A DNA stretch of 64,000 nt from Tortispora ganteri (Eukaryota), in the NCBI GenBank assembly GCA_003707115.1, contig PPNB01000003.1:62001-126000 (forward strand), written 5' to 3'. Positions 10,745 to 19,919 of this stretch are shown here, piece after piece. The stretch's first letter is position 1. Each line of letters opens with the position of its first letter. A model generated the notes under the pieces. That model did not search any database and was not told the origin of the DNA. It saw nothing but the letters and a program-made list of their open reading frames with translations. The translations under genes and the position numbers were made by a program.

Positions 10745-10981
10745 TCATTTCGGGAGCTGGTCGGTGTCACAGTTAGCAGATGGCGGCGACTGCGGCGACT
10801 GTGGCGACTGCAACGGATCTTCGCGCGGCGTGAGCACAGGCGGTTTGCCGGTCTGGCGCAACGGGAACTGATCGCGCTCCATCTGTTGAAGAATCTCTTG
10901 TGAGAAAAAATTATAACTAGACACTGCAGTGACTACAGCGACGACGAAAGGTGGCGAAAACAGGCGACGCAGGACTTCCAT
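10745..10981 (-). CDS. Small single-pass membrane protein, possibly Ecm19/PIGBOS1-like
   Basis: ATG at 10981. MEVLRRLFSPPFVVAVVTAVSSYNFFSQEILQQM is a hydrophobic helix followed by Y.FF and a charged helix. Confidence 0.5.
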   Translation of the reverse strand: MEVLRRLFSPPFVVAVVTAVSSYNFFSQEILQQMERDQFPLRQTGKPPVLTPREDPLQSPQSPQSPPSANCDTDQLPK

Positions 10982-11091
10982 TGTGCGCAAAGTGGGAAAG
11001 AGAGGTGAAGAGAAGGCGAGGTGGGAGTTGTTTATGAGTCCTGAGAAAAGGGACCGATAGCCACGTTCCTCCTACCTGGAAACCGATACGA

Positions 11092-11289
11092 ATGGCAGAC
11101 AACACCAAGACCATTATAGCGACGTACATCGACGGTGACGAGAAGCGCACCATTGAAGCGGTATCACCGTCTATTTTCGAGGGCGTCGAGGCGCTGCGGG
11201 AGAGTGTGAACGAGTTCCTAACAGTGCGCATCGAAACGCTCGAGGAAGGATCACCCTCAGACGAAGAAGAAGAGGAAGTGCAGTTGTGA
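11092..11289 (+). CDS. GON7: EKC/KEOPS subunit Gon7 (minimal, 65 aa)
   Basis: N-terminal IIATY strand, ALRESVNEFLTVRIE helix and acidic tail match the Gon7 pattern. Confidence 0.6.
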   Translation: MADNTKTIIATYIDGDEKRTIEAVSPSIFEGVEALRESVNEFLTVRIETLEEGSPSDEEEEEVQL

Positions 11290-11307
11290 GAGTGATTATG
11301 ACGGCAG

Positions 11308-12456
11308 TTATTTCGAACGGCACCAGTTGCGGCCAGTACCTACCTGGTAGTCGCAGAGCGCGGGTTCGAGGTAGAGTGAGATGATGGCGGCACAGACTAT
11401 GCCTGCGGAATCCGAGATACCAACGGCGCCCATAGCGAACTCGCGCTGCGAGTTGTGCGTGGACTCGCGCACGGAGAGGAAGGTGTTGACATAAGTTGCG
11501 CCACCTAAGAGCCCTTCATATAATATGAGGAGCATTGTCCAGTAGACGGAGGGCAGGAACATGAATATCGACTGGCAAATGGCGAGTGCGAGGTTCATCG
11601 CTTGCAGGACGGCTAGAAGGTAGAGATTCTTGATCCGGACGAACGAGGCAGAAGAACGTGAAATAAATACTCCAAGCTGGTACAATGTGGAATATGCGAC
11701 GTATATATCGCGGTACTCGGTGAATGGCGTAGACTCTATAGGGAATAACAAAGTTGGGGAGACTCCCTGGTTGAGCGTGTATTCTGCGACGTAAACGGAG
11801 GCGAGCGGGAACATGTAGGGGAGAAAAAGCGACTTTAAGCGTTTTATTGTGTGTTCAATAGAGTCGGAGTGAGTAATTGAAGGCGATGCAACACGCTCGT
11901 AAGAATGATCTGTAGGGAACGCGCTGGAGTCCGGAAGGACTGCAAAGTAGACAAAGAGAAAGCCCAGGGGGAAGAAAGCAGAGATCACAAGTGCAGTTTG
12001 CACCTGCAGGCGCATGAGCGAGGTGAGTAGAAAGTAGAGGAATGCACCGCCTAATCCGGCCATTCCAGTGCCAGAGCTGAAGTAATGAATGGCGACTTCG
12101 GGGTAGAAATGGGTCAACTGTAAAAAAGTGAGTTCACCCAGACCAGAGGACGCTGATGCGCATATGATCCCTACTATTCTGAATGCAAGCAGGTGGTTAT
12201 GCGCAACTGTAAACATCCCCATACATGATAGTATTACCATTGTAAATATGCGGTGATTGTACGAGATTTTATGGATGATAAAGGGCGCGGCGATCTTGAC
12301 CAGGAACCCAGGCACAATATCAGGGAGAAGCACGACTGCTTTGGGCACTTCGCTACCCACAAGATCCCATGCTGCAGATAAAATTATTACATAAAGAACA
12401 TTATTTAGTAGACCAAATATCCAGAAACTAAGTGCAACACGATTCACAGCGTTCAT
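11308..12456 (-). CDS. BTN1: Battenin/CLN3 family vacuolar membrane protein
   Basis: FWIFGLLNNVLYVIILSAA, SSGLGELTFL, SSGTGMAGL, YQLGVFISRSS and YEGLLGGATYVNTF motifs. Confidence 0.96.
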   Translation of the reverse strand: MNAVNRVALSFWIFGLLNNVLYVIILSAAWDLVGSEVPKAVVLLPDIVPGFLVKIAAPFIIHKISYNHRIFTMVILSCMGMFTVAHNHLLAFRIVGIICASASSGLGELTFLQLTHFYPEVAIHYFSSGTGMAGLGGAFLYFLLTSLMRLQVQTALVISAFFPLGFLFVYFAVLPDSSAFPTDHSYERVASPSITHSDSIEHTIKRLKSLFLPYMFPLASVYVAEYTLNQGVSPTLLFPIESTPFTEYRDIYVAYSTLYQLGVFISRSSASFVRIKNLYLLAVLQAMNLALAICQSIFMFLPSVYWTMLLILYEGLLGGATYVNTFLSVRESTHNSQREFAMGAVGISDSAGIVCAAIISLYLEPALCDYQVGTGRNWCRSK

Positions 12457-12650
12457 CGCAATAGCGATCTAATGCGATGTTTAAAGACGCGCCTGGTGGG
12501 ATGGTGCACAAGGCTTTGATAAAGCAGGGAGTTGTGCTAAATCTGGCCAATCACAGGTCTTTGTGGACCTCCCAGCTACCCCAAACCGCCAGACTGGGGC
12601 TGACCAGCCTGAGCAAAACGCGTACTAGTAGACGAAGAAAAAAGAACACA

Positions 12651-13793
12651 ATGGCATCCATCGCCAGCTTGCTGAGCCACAACGATGAGGAGAAACCTAT
12701 ACCTTCTTCGGAGATTTCCGAAGTTGTGCAATCAGCCGCTGAGGGCGCCACTGTGGTCTATGATTCCTCTGTGAGCGACAGAAGACGTCAGGTTGAAGCT
12801 GAGCCTGAGCGTGCAGAGGACGCAGTGGCGCGAGTTGCCAAAAAGCACGCAGAAGACAACAAGAAGAAAATGTACCAACTTAATCATCAACATCACCATC
12901 ATCATCGCCATCATCATCACGACGACCCTGAGCATTATCGACACCATCATCATCATCACCATCACCACCACCATCATCATCACCATCACCAAAATTTGCA
13001 CGGTCATCATAGCCTTAGTCCTACGCAAAATCCACAGCTACTTTCACGGCAGCATCAGCTACTGCTCCCGTATGGACAGTCGCATGGCACAGAGCCGCTC
13101 GAACAGGACTTATCCATGAACGACTCGACCCTGCCCGCGGAGGAAGCCGTCGCAGAGACAAACCCACTGAAGATCAGCGTGAATAACGCAGCTGTATTCG
13201 ACGCGGTGAAAGACATGCCTCAGTATCACCTGGGGATTCTATGCTACACCGTGCACAAAACACAGAGCGTGTTTCTCCCGCGGTACGACGGCAAGGAGAA
13301 CAGTATTGTGGAGGTCCATGTCCCTAACAAGTACCTGAACGGCGAAAACAATCTGCGGCTCGCTCGCCGTGAGGTATGGGGCACTGATATCTACACAGAT
13401 GACTCTGATCCCGTCGCCGCCGCCATACATGCAGGGTTTATAGCTACGGCGTTTCCGGAGAGCTCGGTCAGCAATTCTGACCAGGAGGCGGACGACGCGA
13501 AAGGCACAGCAGAAGCGCCAGTGCTGCCTAGCGGATACGCAGCTGGTGATGTACGTATAGTACTACGGATTCTGCCGCAGCTGGAAAGGTATAGGGGCTG
13601 TTTTAGGAATGGTATACGGTCGAGAACTTGGGGAACAATTCACGACGGCATGAGTTTCTGTGTCGAAAAAGTCAACGTTTATCCCCCCGGGAAGTTCGAA
13701 GGAGAGCTGCGACTACGTAAACAGCGGCTAGAGCAATGGGTAGTATCGAGGGATATTGCTAATGACAACAATCTTAATTCATCATTAATATGA
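12651..13793 (+). CDS. RXT3: Rpd3L histone deacetylase complex subunit Rxt3
   Basis: REVWGTDIYTDDSDPVAAAIHAG and RNGIRSRTWGTIHDGMSF motifs. Likely start is MASIASLL at 12651; the ORF extends upstream to 12477. Confidence 0.9.
   Translation: MASIASLLSHNDEEKPIPSSEISEVVQSAAEGATVVYDSSVSDRRRQVEAEPERAEDAVARVAKKHAEDNKKKMYQLNHQHHHHHRHHHHDDPEHYRHHHHHHHHHHHHHHHHQNLHGHHSLSPTQNPQLLSRQHQLLLPYGQSHGTEPLEQDLSMNDSTLPAEEAVAETNPLKISVNNAAVFDAVKDMPQYHLGILCYTVHKTQSVFLPRYDGKENSIVEVHVPNKYLNGENNLRLARREVWGTDIYTDDSDPVAAAIHAGFIATAFPESSVSNSDQEADDAKGTAEAPVLPSGYAAGDVRIVLRILPQLERYRGCFRNGIRSRTWGTIHDGMSFCVEKVNVYPPGKFEGELRLRKQRLEQWVVSRDIANDNNLNSSLI
12884..12989 (+). repeat. CAT/CAC trinucleotide tract encoding poly-His in Rxt3
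   Basis: Visible (CAY)n runs. Confidence 0.9.
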
Positions 13794-13949
13794 ATTTTAG
13801 AGCAATTTCTCTAAAATGTTTAAGGAAGACTTTTTAACCGCTCGCGTCCGGTCTTAGCGGGTTGGCGACGGTCAACGGTACCTGGGGGTTACTTTCACTT
13901 CTCCCACAATGACACCTCGCTTTGCTAACCACACACCCCATTGTGCGGC

Positions 13950-14210
13950 ATGTGTCTGGTCGGCGAAGATCACTGGACCAAAAGACGGCTAGAATGGACA
14001 AATAATGACCATAAAATAGCAATAAATCATCGAAGTTACACGAAAAGCGAACTGCTGAATTTGTACAATGGTTTAACTGCTGGCAACAAACCTCTGGATG
14101 AACCCAGACCACTACTCATGGTACTCAAATCGCTCGAGACGGGCTGGAAAGCAAATGGAATGTGGCCTCCAGTATCTTCTGCTGTAGAACCATCTTTACG
14201 TCGAAAATAG
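13950..14210 (+). CDS. DUF4050/Gag1-like small protein (86 aa)
   Basis: G..HW.KRRLEWT, Y..L...KPL..P.PL and GWKANGMWP match the conserved family core. ATG is at 13950 with an in-frame TAA upstream at 13926. Confidence 0.65.
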   Translation: MCLVGEDHWTKRRLEWTNNDHKIAINHRSYTKSELLNLYNGLTAGNKPLDEPRPLLMVLKSLETGWKANGMWPPVSSAVEPSLRRK

Positions 14211-14216
14211 TTTTGT

Positions 14217-15554
14217 TTAATTCGTCTGTGAACTTTCATGTTTGTGTGCAATCCATCTGGCTACCGTTCCGTCCTTGCACCCAACTATGAGAGCGTCATT
14301 CAAAGGCGATTGCGCGAATGCCTTAACCTGTGTATTCTCTTGCAGCTGCGCTTGGAGTTTCCCGGATTCAAGGTCGACACCGAAAACAGCAGAGTCGCCA
14401 TTGATTATGAAGATACCCGGACGGGACGGTAGACAGCAGAGCTTGGGGTTGCTTAGCTGATGCTGCGAGATATCAGTAGTGATGTCCATAATCGCTGCTT
14501 GTGCGCCGATCTGTGAGTAATCTGTGTATGCGATATTCTGGACACATATGAGCCGCAGTTGCGGAGTAGAGTTGACGGCGCATACAAGCGTATCATCGAT
14601 GCTAAGTATGTCGAGTGGTGTTATTGGGTCATTATGCATCTGGTTTGGTTCGAACTTGTTTTTGAACTTGTTTTTAATGTACTCAGTGTTGTGTGAGAGC
14701 GGGATGTAGCCAAAGACATCGGCTGGTTCGGGTGCGCATGTCTGCGGCTCTTCAGACAATGCGTAGACTTGGAGCAGCATACTTGATCTAACTCCCACAA
14801 CGAGACAAAGCTGTGATTGGTTTGAGCAGGAAGCGGGTTTGCAATATGCAAAGGTGATGCACTCGGCTTTTACGGTGATCTCGTGCAGTGGCTGCAGCTG
14901 CTGGTTGCTGTAGATGCATACTGCGACGGACGCATCTACTCCAGCAGATGCTACATAGACGCAGTTAGCCGTAGCATGAATTTTCAGATGACAAAGAAAC
15001 TTCCCGTGTAGTTTTTGCAGGTGTAGCAGTTGACCGGATCCTGAAAGCAGGAGCAGCGTACCATCCGCAGTGCCTGCGAGTATGTTTCCATCTGGCAAAA
15101 CTGCAGCGGCAAGAACAATTCCGACTTTTTTCAGAACAGAGTCAGCGTCTAGTAGGACGTGCAGTTGAAGTGTCTGGAGGTCTAAGCAGATCAACTGTCT
15201 GGTGACGGTGGAAATGACACAGCACTGAACACCCTGTATGAGGCCAGTGGCAAGTGTAACGATCTGCATGTGCGTATTTGCAAGGAAATTACGTGAAGTT
15301 ATCTGCATTCCAAATCCTAGAAGGTGCTGGAATATTGAGGAGTCGGTTTGGGCTTTATGTTTTTCTATACCAGCTGCATTGTCGTAACGCTTTTTAGCTG
15401 CTACAATACTCTCAAGTGACTCCGATACGGTTACTTCATCGTTAAAATATGATTCTTCTAATCCTATTTCATCAATAAATATTTTATAAGCTTTGCTATT
15501 GTTATTCCTGAGATACTTTGCGACGAGGATGTCGATATTATCGTCTGCGGGCAT
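14217..15554 (-). CDS. LisH-like N-terminus plus degenerate WD40 beta-propeller protein
   Basis: IDILVAKYLRNNNSKAYKIFIDE is LisH-like. WD-like blades: AGTADGTLLL, ASAGVDASVAV, VGCKDGTVARW. Likely ATG at 15554. Confidence 0.65.
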   Translation of the reverse strand: MPADDNIDILVAKYLRNNNSKAYKIFIDEIGLEESYFNDEVTVSESLESIVAAKKRYDNAAGIEKHKAQTDSSIFQHLLGFGMQITSRNFLANTHMQIVTLATGLIQGVQCCVISTVTRQLICLDLQTLQLHVLLDADSVLKKVGIVLAAAVLPDGNILAGTADGTLLLLSGSGQLLHLQKLHGKFLCHLKIHATANCVYVASAGVDASVAVCIYSNQQLQPLHEITVKAECITFAYCKPASCSNQSQLCLVVGVRSSMLLQVYALSEEPQTCAPEPADVFGYIPLSHNTEYIKNKFKNKFEPNQMHNDPITPLDILSIDDTLVCAVNSTPQLRLICVQNIAYTDYSQIGAQAAIMDITTDISQHQLSNPKLCCLPSRPGIFIINGDSAVFGVDLESGKLQAQLQENTQVKAFAQSPLNDALIVGCKDGTVARWIAHKHESSQTN

Positions 15555-15660
15555 AATGGACCTCGAAGGTAGAAGTAAGTTGGGTGTATTGGAGGATGAG
15601 GTAAGGGGTAAGAAAGGCAGAGATAGACAAATAAATGGTGGCGCGTCAGCATCACTCGTG

Positions 15661-16446
15661 TTATTTACCAATTCGCGATCGTAAATCCAAGTTCGGTTTG
15701 TCTGAAGCTTTCAATGTAGGGAACAAATCGTCACCGTCGAGTTCAATGCGGTGCCTGAGCGAACGGCGGGCGGTATCTTTGATCGACAGTCGGTTGCCGT
15801 CACGTTCTCTGTATCCAAAATTGCGAGATCCACTGGGCGACCTTGACCTATTGCGGTGTTTTCTACGTTCTTCAATCTTGCGGCGGCGCTGTTCTGCAGG
15901 GTCTCCGTAAAAGAGGTAGTATTTGCTCTTTTCGCGCGCGTTACGCTCCTTACGATCAGTAGACCGGCATTCTCTAATATACAGCTCCGATACGCGCTCT
16001 TTGGGTACATCATCCATGAGATCCTCTGCTGGTTTCTTCAATAATACTTCGGGAAGCGGTTTCGCCCTGCGTAATATACTCTTGTCGGGCAGTCCGTTAG
16101 CATAAGCAGACTCATCCGTTAACTTCAGAAGTGCTTGTGTCGCCGTCACCTCGTCTTCAAACACCAGGTTTGCCGAAGTGTCGTTTACCCATTCAATCTT
16201 TGGCCGAATCCCTAATACAAGTGATTTGGCATCTGTAGGTTTCACGTAATATCTTGTATACTCGATCAGATCATCCGTGCTCATATCGTCTAAACCCTGT
16301 ATGTTCAATGCATTTGGTCGCAAACTATAAGCGTCAGGTACTGTTGCATTACTATTTTCATAATTTTCATCATCATATGATCGTAATATTCCTCGTCCAG
16401 CATCGCCGTTCTCTGATTGGCCGACATTCAATTCGTAATCCGCCAT
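15661..16446 (-). CDS. Nuclear cap-binding protein 3-like (NCBP3/DUF2414)
   Basis: RPNALNIQGLDDMSTDD, KIEWVNDTSANLVF and DRKERNAREKSKYYL motifs. ATG at 16446. Confidence 0.85.
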   Translation of the reverse strand: MADYELNVGQSENGDAGRGILRSYDDENYENSNATVPDAYSLRPNALNIQGLDDMSTDDLIEYTRYYVKPTDAKSLVLGIRPKIEWVNDTSANLVFEDEVTATQALLKLTDESAYANGLPDKSILRRAKPLPEVLLKKPAEDLMDDVPKERVSELYIRECRSTDRKERNAREKSKYYLFYGDPAEQRRRKIEERRKHRNRSRSPSGSRNFGYRERDGNRLSIKDTARRSLRHRIELDGDDLFPTLKASDKPNLDLRSRIGK

Positions 16447-16580
16447 TTCTTTCAACTTTCGCTAAGCTGTCACAAGTAAAGGTTAGTGCAAAATCTCATA
16501 CTTTTTCCCCACTGCTTGACAACAACAATAACAATACACCTATCAATAGCAGATATCTACAATAAATCTGCCCGCATATA

Positions 16581-16871
16581 ATGCAACACGTGACTTTGGT
16601 GTCATCGGATGGATTCGAATTTATTGTTTCAATAGAGGCTGCGTCTGTCTCAGGAACGCTCAAGGCGTCGCTTTCGGACAATTTCATCGAATCCAACACG
16701 CGCAAGATTGTCCTCGACAATATGACAGGGGAACTGCTTGAAAAGGTTTGTGATTATCTCATGTACAATTACAAATATTCAAAATATCCAAATGCTGAAC
16801 TCCCTGAATTCGAAATACCCCCAGAGATCGCTCTCCAACTCTATGTAGCCGCTGATTACCTAAATGTCTAG
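16581..16871 (+). CDS. ELC1: Elongin C
   Basis: VTLVSSDGFEF, ASVSGTLK, LEKVCDYL and FEIPPEIALQLYVAADYL motifs. Confidence 0.96.
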   Translation: MQHVTLVSSDGFEFIVSIEAASVSGTLKASLSDNFIESNTRKIVLDNMTGELLEKVCDYLMYNYKYSKYPNAELPEFEIPPEIALQLYVAADYLNV

Positions 16872-17863
16872 TACACACTCGGCATTCGCGTTTCGGCCAC
16901 ACGAACATACGAAATAACACCTTGCGCAACAACTGCAATTATAACGCTCTTTTGACCTCTTCGTATGTCCTTTATGCGCCGCCCCTGTGGCTCGTCGTGC
17001 TTCATCATACATGCGTCAAACTCCTCCAGTGACGGGATCTCCGCCTCAGCATTCTGTACCCGCACATAGAAGTCGGCATTACCAGGCCTTCCCTTGCGGA
17101 ACGCTTCTTGTGGCTTCCATACTTCATAGTCAATCTGTATATCTTTGCCTGTTTGTCGCTCGCCGCTGTCTACCCTGACCGCTGCCAGCCGCCGGTACAC
17201 TTCCTTCGTCGTCAGCGTCCCGCCTGGGACCGCACTGCTCTCACGCCCGCATATCTGTTTCGTAACCCATCCCTTCATAACTCGTATCCATCGTACTATG
17301 TCACATATCACCGCCCAAGCCCTGTCAGCCATCCGCGCCAGGCCGCGAGCAATTGATCGCCAGCCACCGGTATCCAACATAGCCGCACCCAATCCGATCC
17401 GCGGTCGCCGCACAATATAGCCATTCCGTTTCAGGTTGCTGTACACCTGAAATTTCTCGATACTGCATGCGCCAATCATAGCTGCATACGCACCTTCTAG
17501 GCTTAGTGGAACCCCGTTCGCGCGACACATCAGCGTACCTCGTTCGATCAGGTACAATGCCTCTTCGGGCTCCAGCCATATGCCGCTGCTATTCTGATAT
17601 CCCATCGTCAAAAAATGTGTTCCAGATGCCGCACTCACGCGCGCTTTACATAGCTCGCTCATCCATTCCGCTTCTATCTTGTTCTTCGCAGAATGCATCC
17701 GGTCGCTTGCCAGTGCACGATACATCGCTGCCCGCGACTTTTCCAGCTTCGTCTCCTGCATTTCAGACTCTTCATTCAATGTCTCTTTTTCACCGCGCTT
17801 CGGCAGTTCCTCCAGCAAAGACCAGTCTGCGCCGTCTTCGCCTTCTTCGAACTCTTCCGCCAT
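16868..17863 (-). CDS. SEN54: tRNA-splicing endonuclease subunit Sen54
   Basis: LPKRGEK, G.HF.TMG, WLEPEEALYLIERG, FQVYSNLKRNGYIV, YEVWKP and IIAVVAQGVISY motifs. Confidence 0.93.
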   Translation of the reverse strand: MAEEFEEGEDGADWSLLEELPKRGEKETLNEESEMQETKLEKSRAAMYRALASDRMHSAKNKIEAEWMSELCKARVSAASGTHFLTMGYQNSSGIWLEPEEALYLIERGTLMCRANGVPLSLEGAYAAMIGACSIEKFQVYSNLKRNGYIVRRPRIGLGAAMLDTGGWRSIARGLARMADRAWAVICDIVRWIRVMKGWVTKQICGRESSAVPGGTLTTKEVYRRLAAVRVDSGERQTGKDIQIDYEVWKPQEAFRKGRPGNADFYVRVQNAEAEIPSLEEFDACMMKHDEPQGRRIKDIRRGQKSVIIAVVAQGVISYVRVAETRMPSVY

Positions 17864-18027
17864 AGCAACAAATTTTCAGCTGTCTTTAAGTTACGTGCAC
17901 ACTTGGAACATCCAACACCAGGTGTGTATGTGGAAGGTGTAGGTGGGTTGGGTGGGCAATGCGGTGGGGTAGCATACTGGCGACTACTTTAAAAACATAA
18001 CATCGTTTCATTTGATCCCTATTCGTT

Positions 18028-19641
18028 TTAGTTCAACAGCTTCTGGTGTATTATCTCATACGCCATTTGCTGTCGGATCGCCGGCATGTCTTTCTGCGTA
18101 TATGCTAGCGGCGCGTCGCGTGAAAGCAGTTCAACTGTCTTGCACGTGAACACTCCACAGTCGTAACCATTCTGCTGCAATGGCGAATCCTTACTGGTGT
18201 AATCGACCCATTTGTTTAGATCAGTCTCACCAGTCTGCGCAGACAAGTATTCTCTCAATAGTCTGAACGCCTTACCGGCTCCACCACCGAGCGAATCGTA
18301 ATACTCAAACCTCTTCTTATCGCGGTTAATCACAGACAAACACCAGTGCGTGTTGTTAAGATTCACCGGTACAAACACATAGTCCTGCTCTTTAATCTCT
18401 ACTTTTTTCCGTCGCGCCCAACGCTCTACTCCCGCATAACCCTTCGTAGCTAGAGTCGTATAGAAATGCGTGCTGAAACAGAAACTACTCTTCAGGTCCC
18501 TGTTCGTCCTTGACCGCTCCGTAACAAGCGCAAGGTAAAAATCTATAATATTGTCATTCAACCAATGGTGCTCACCAAGAGTGGAAAGGTCCCGTACCGT
18601 CACTTCTATACGGAAATTACACACGACCACGTGCGAGCGGTCCGGGTGCTCCATTGTCTTCGTCACTTCGGCCTTCTGTTCGGCTGTCAGCTCTACTGAC
18701 TTCTTTCCGGCTTTCTTTTCGCTCAGAAGCGCCTGTATCTGTTCTTCGCGCTCTTTTCTTTTCCGCTCTATTTCATCAAACCTGGGAAACGACGTGGGAC
18801 CCTTCTTCTGCGACAGCTGGCGCAGCAGCAAGTCAAGGCTGTCCTTGTCGCTAAAGTTTTTCGATATCGGCTCAATTCGCCGGTTCTTAAACGCCATCCG
18901 GTGAGACGACACTCTGCGAGGTTTTACAATCTTTCCTTTAGGTACCCCTAGCGACTCTATAGCTTTCCGAGATCGAAGAACAGATGAGTAAGCCGCTAAC
19001 GGGTACCCGCGTGCTTGTCTTTTGTGCGCCTCACGGTACTCCAGGCTGCTGATACTATATATGCTGTCTTCTGGGGTCTCTGATCCACGCACCGATCGCA
19101 CTAGACTCGGCGTGCCCCGCGCCTGGTCAGAGTACCGCCCTTGCAGGTACACGGATAATTCACTGACATTCCTGCTGGTTATTTTTCTATCTGTTGTCCG
19201 CGGATATGTGAACGAACTTCCGTATTTGTTTGTGCTGGTGCTCGTGTTCTTCCTTGCGTCCTGAAGCTTTAGCTGCTCTGTGAACAGCTGTTTCATCACA
19301 TTACCCGCGAACGTGTTCTCATCTCTTTCTGCTGTATCCATATTACTGTGTTTCTGTGGTCCACGGTCCGTTAAAAGATGCGCTTTCGCGAACAGCTCCT
19401 CTCCCGTAGGCATCTTGCCATTAGAACGAAACAACTCACTCCTCGTTGATCCCGCGCTGTATACAGGCCGCGGTATAGATCTGGTACCTCGATCCTCCTC
19501 GCCAGTATACTCCTTTACCATCAGTCCTTTTAACTTCTCAACAATACTCGAGACAATATTCCATGGCGAGGACACAGAATCAGCGATGGCACGGTGTGGT
19601 GTGCCAGAAGGAGACAAGTCCTCCTCGCTGCTATATGACAT
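18028..19641 (-). CDS. ULP1: SUMO protease Ulp1 (peptidase C48)
   Basis: WLNDNIIDFY, HW, YDSL and QQNGYDCGVF catalytic motifs. Confidence 0.93.
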   Translation of the reverse strand: MSYSSEEDLSPSGTPHRAIADSVSSPWNIVSSIVEKLKGLMVKEYTGEEDRGTRSIPRPVYSAGSTRSELFRSNGKMPTGEELFAKAHLLTDRGPQKHSNMDTAERDENTFAGNVMKQLFTEQLKLQDARKNTSTSTNKYGSSFTYPRTTDRKITSRNVSELSVYLQGRYSDQARGTPSLVRSVRGSETPEDSIYSISSLEYREAHKRQARGYPLAAYSSVLRSRKAIESLGVPKGKIVKPRRVSSHRMAFKNRRIEPISKNFSDKDSLDLLLRQLSQKKGPTSFPRFDEIERKRKEREEQIQALLSEKKAGKKSVELTAEQKAEVTKTMEHPDRSHVVVCNFRIEVTVRDLSTLGEHHWLNDNIIDFYLALVTERSRTNRDLKSSFCFSTHFYTTLATKGYAGVERWARRKKVEIKEQDYVFVPVNLNNTHWCLSVINRDKKRFEYYDSLGGGAGKAFRLLREYLSAQTGETDLNKWVDYTSKDSPLQQNGYDCGVFTCKTVELLSRDAPLAYTQKDMPAIRQQMAYEIIHQKLLN

Positions 19642-19919
19642 CTCGGTGCCACCTTAGCTGCAATCTCGCGTTTCCGTTAATCCTACTTCTTCTGTAAGTA
19701 ATCTACCAATCTTCTGTCCAAGCTAGTCTATTTTTCAGAGCACGGTAGCGCTCTGACGAGGTGGTGTCGTCGTAAAAAATAAAAAGCACGAACGTGCTCC
19801 TAAGAACCATAAACTCATTTTAGTTTTCAGGGTTAGGGCAGATGTAACTACTCTAATCTGGATTCAGCGGTAAACTTGATGTAGATGACATTAAATCTGA
19901 ACAGTACACGCCACTGCTG

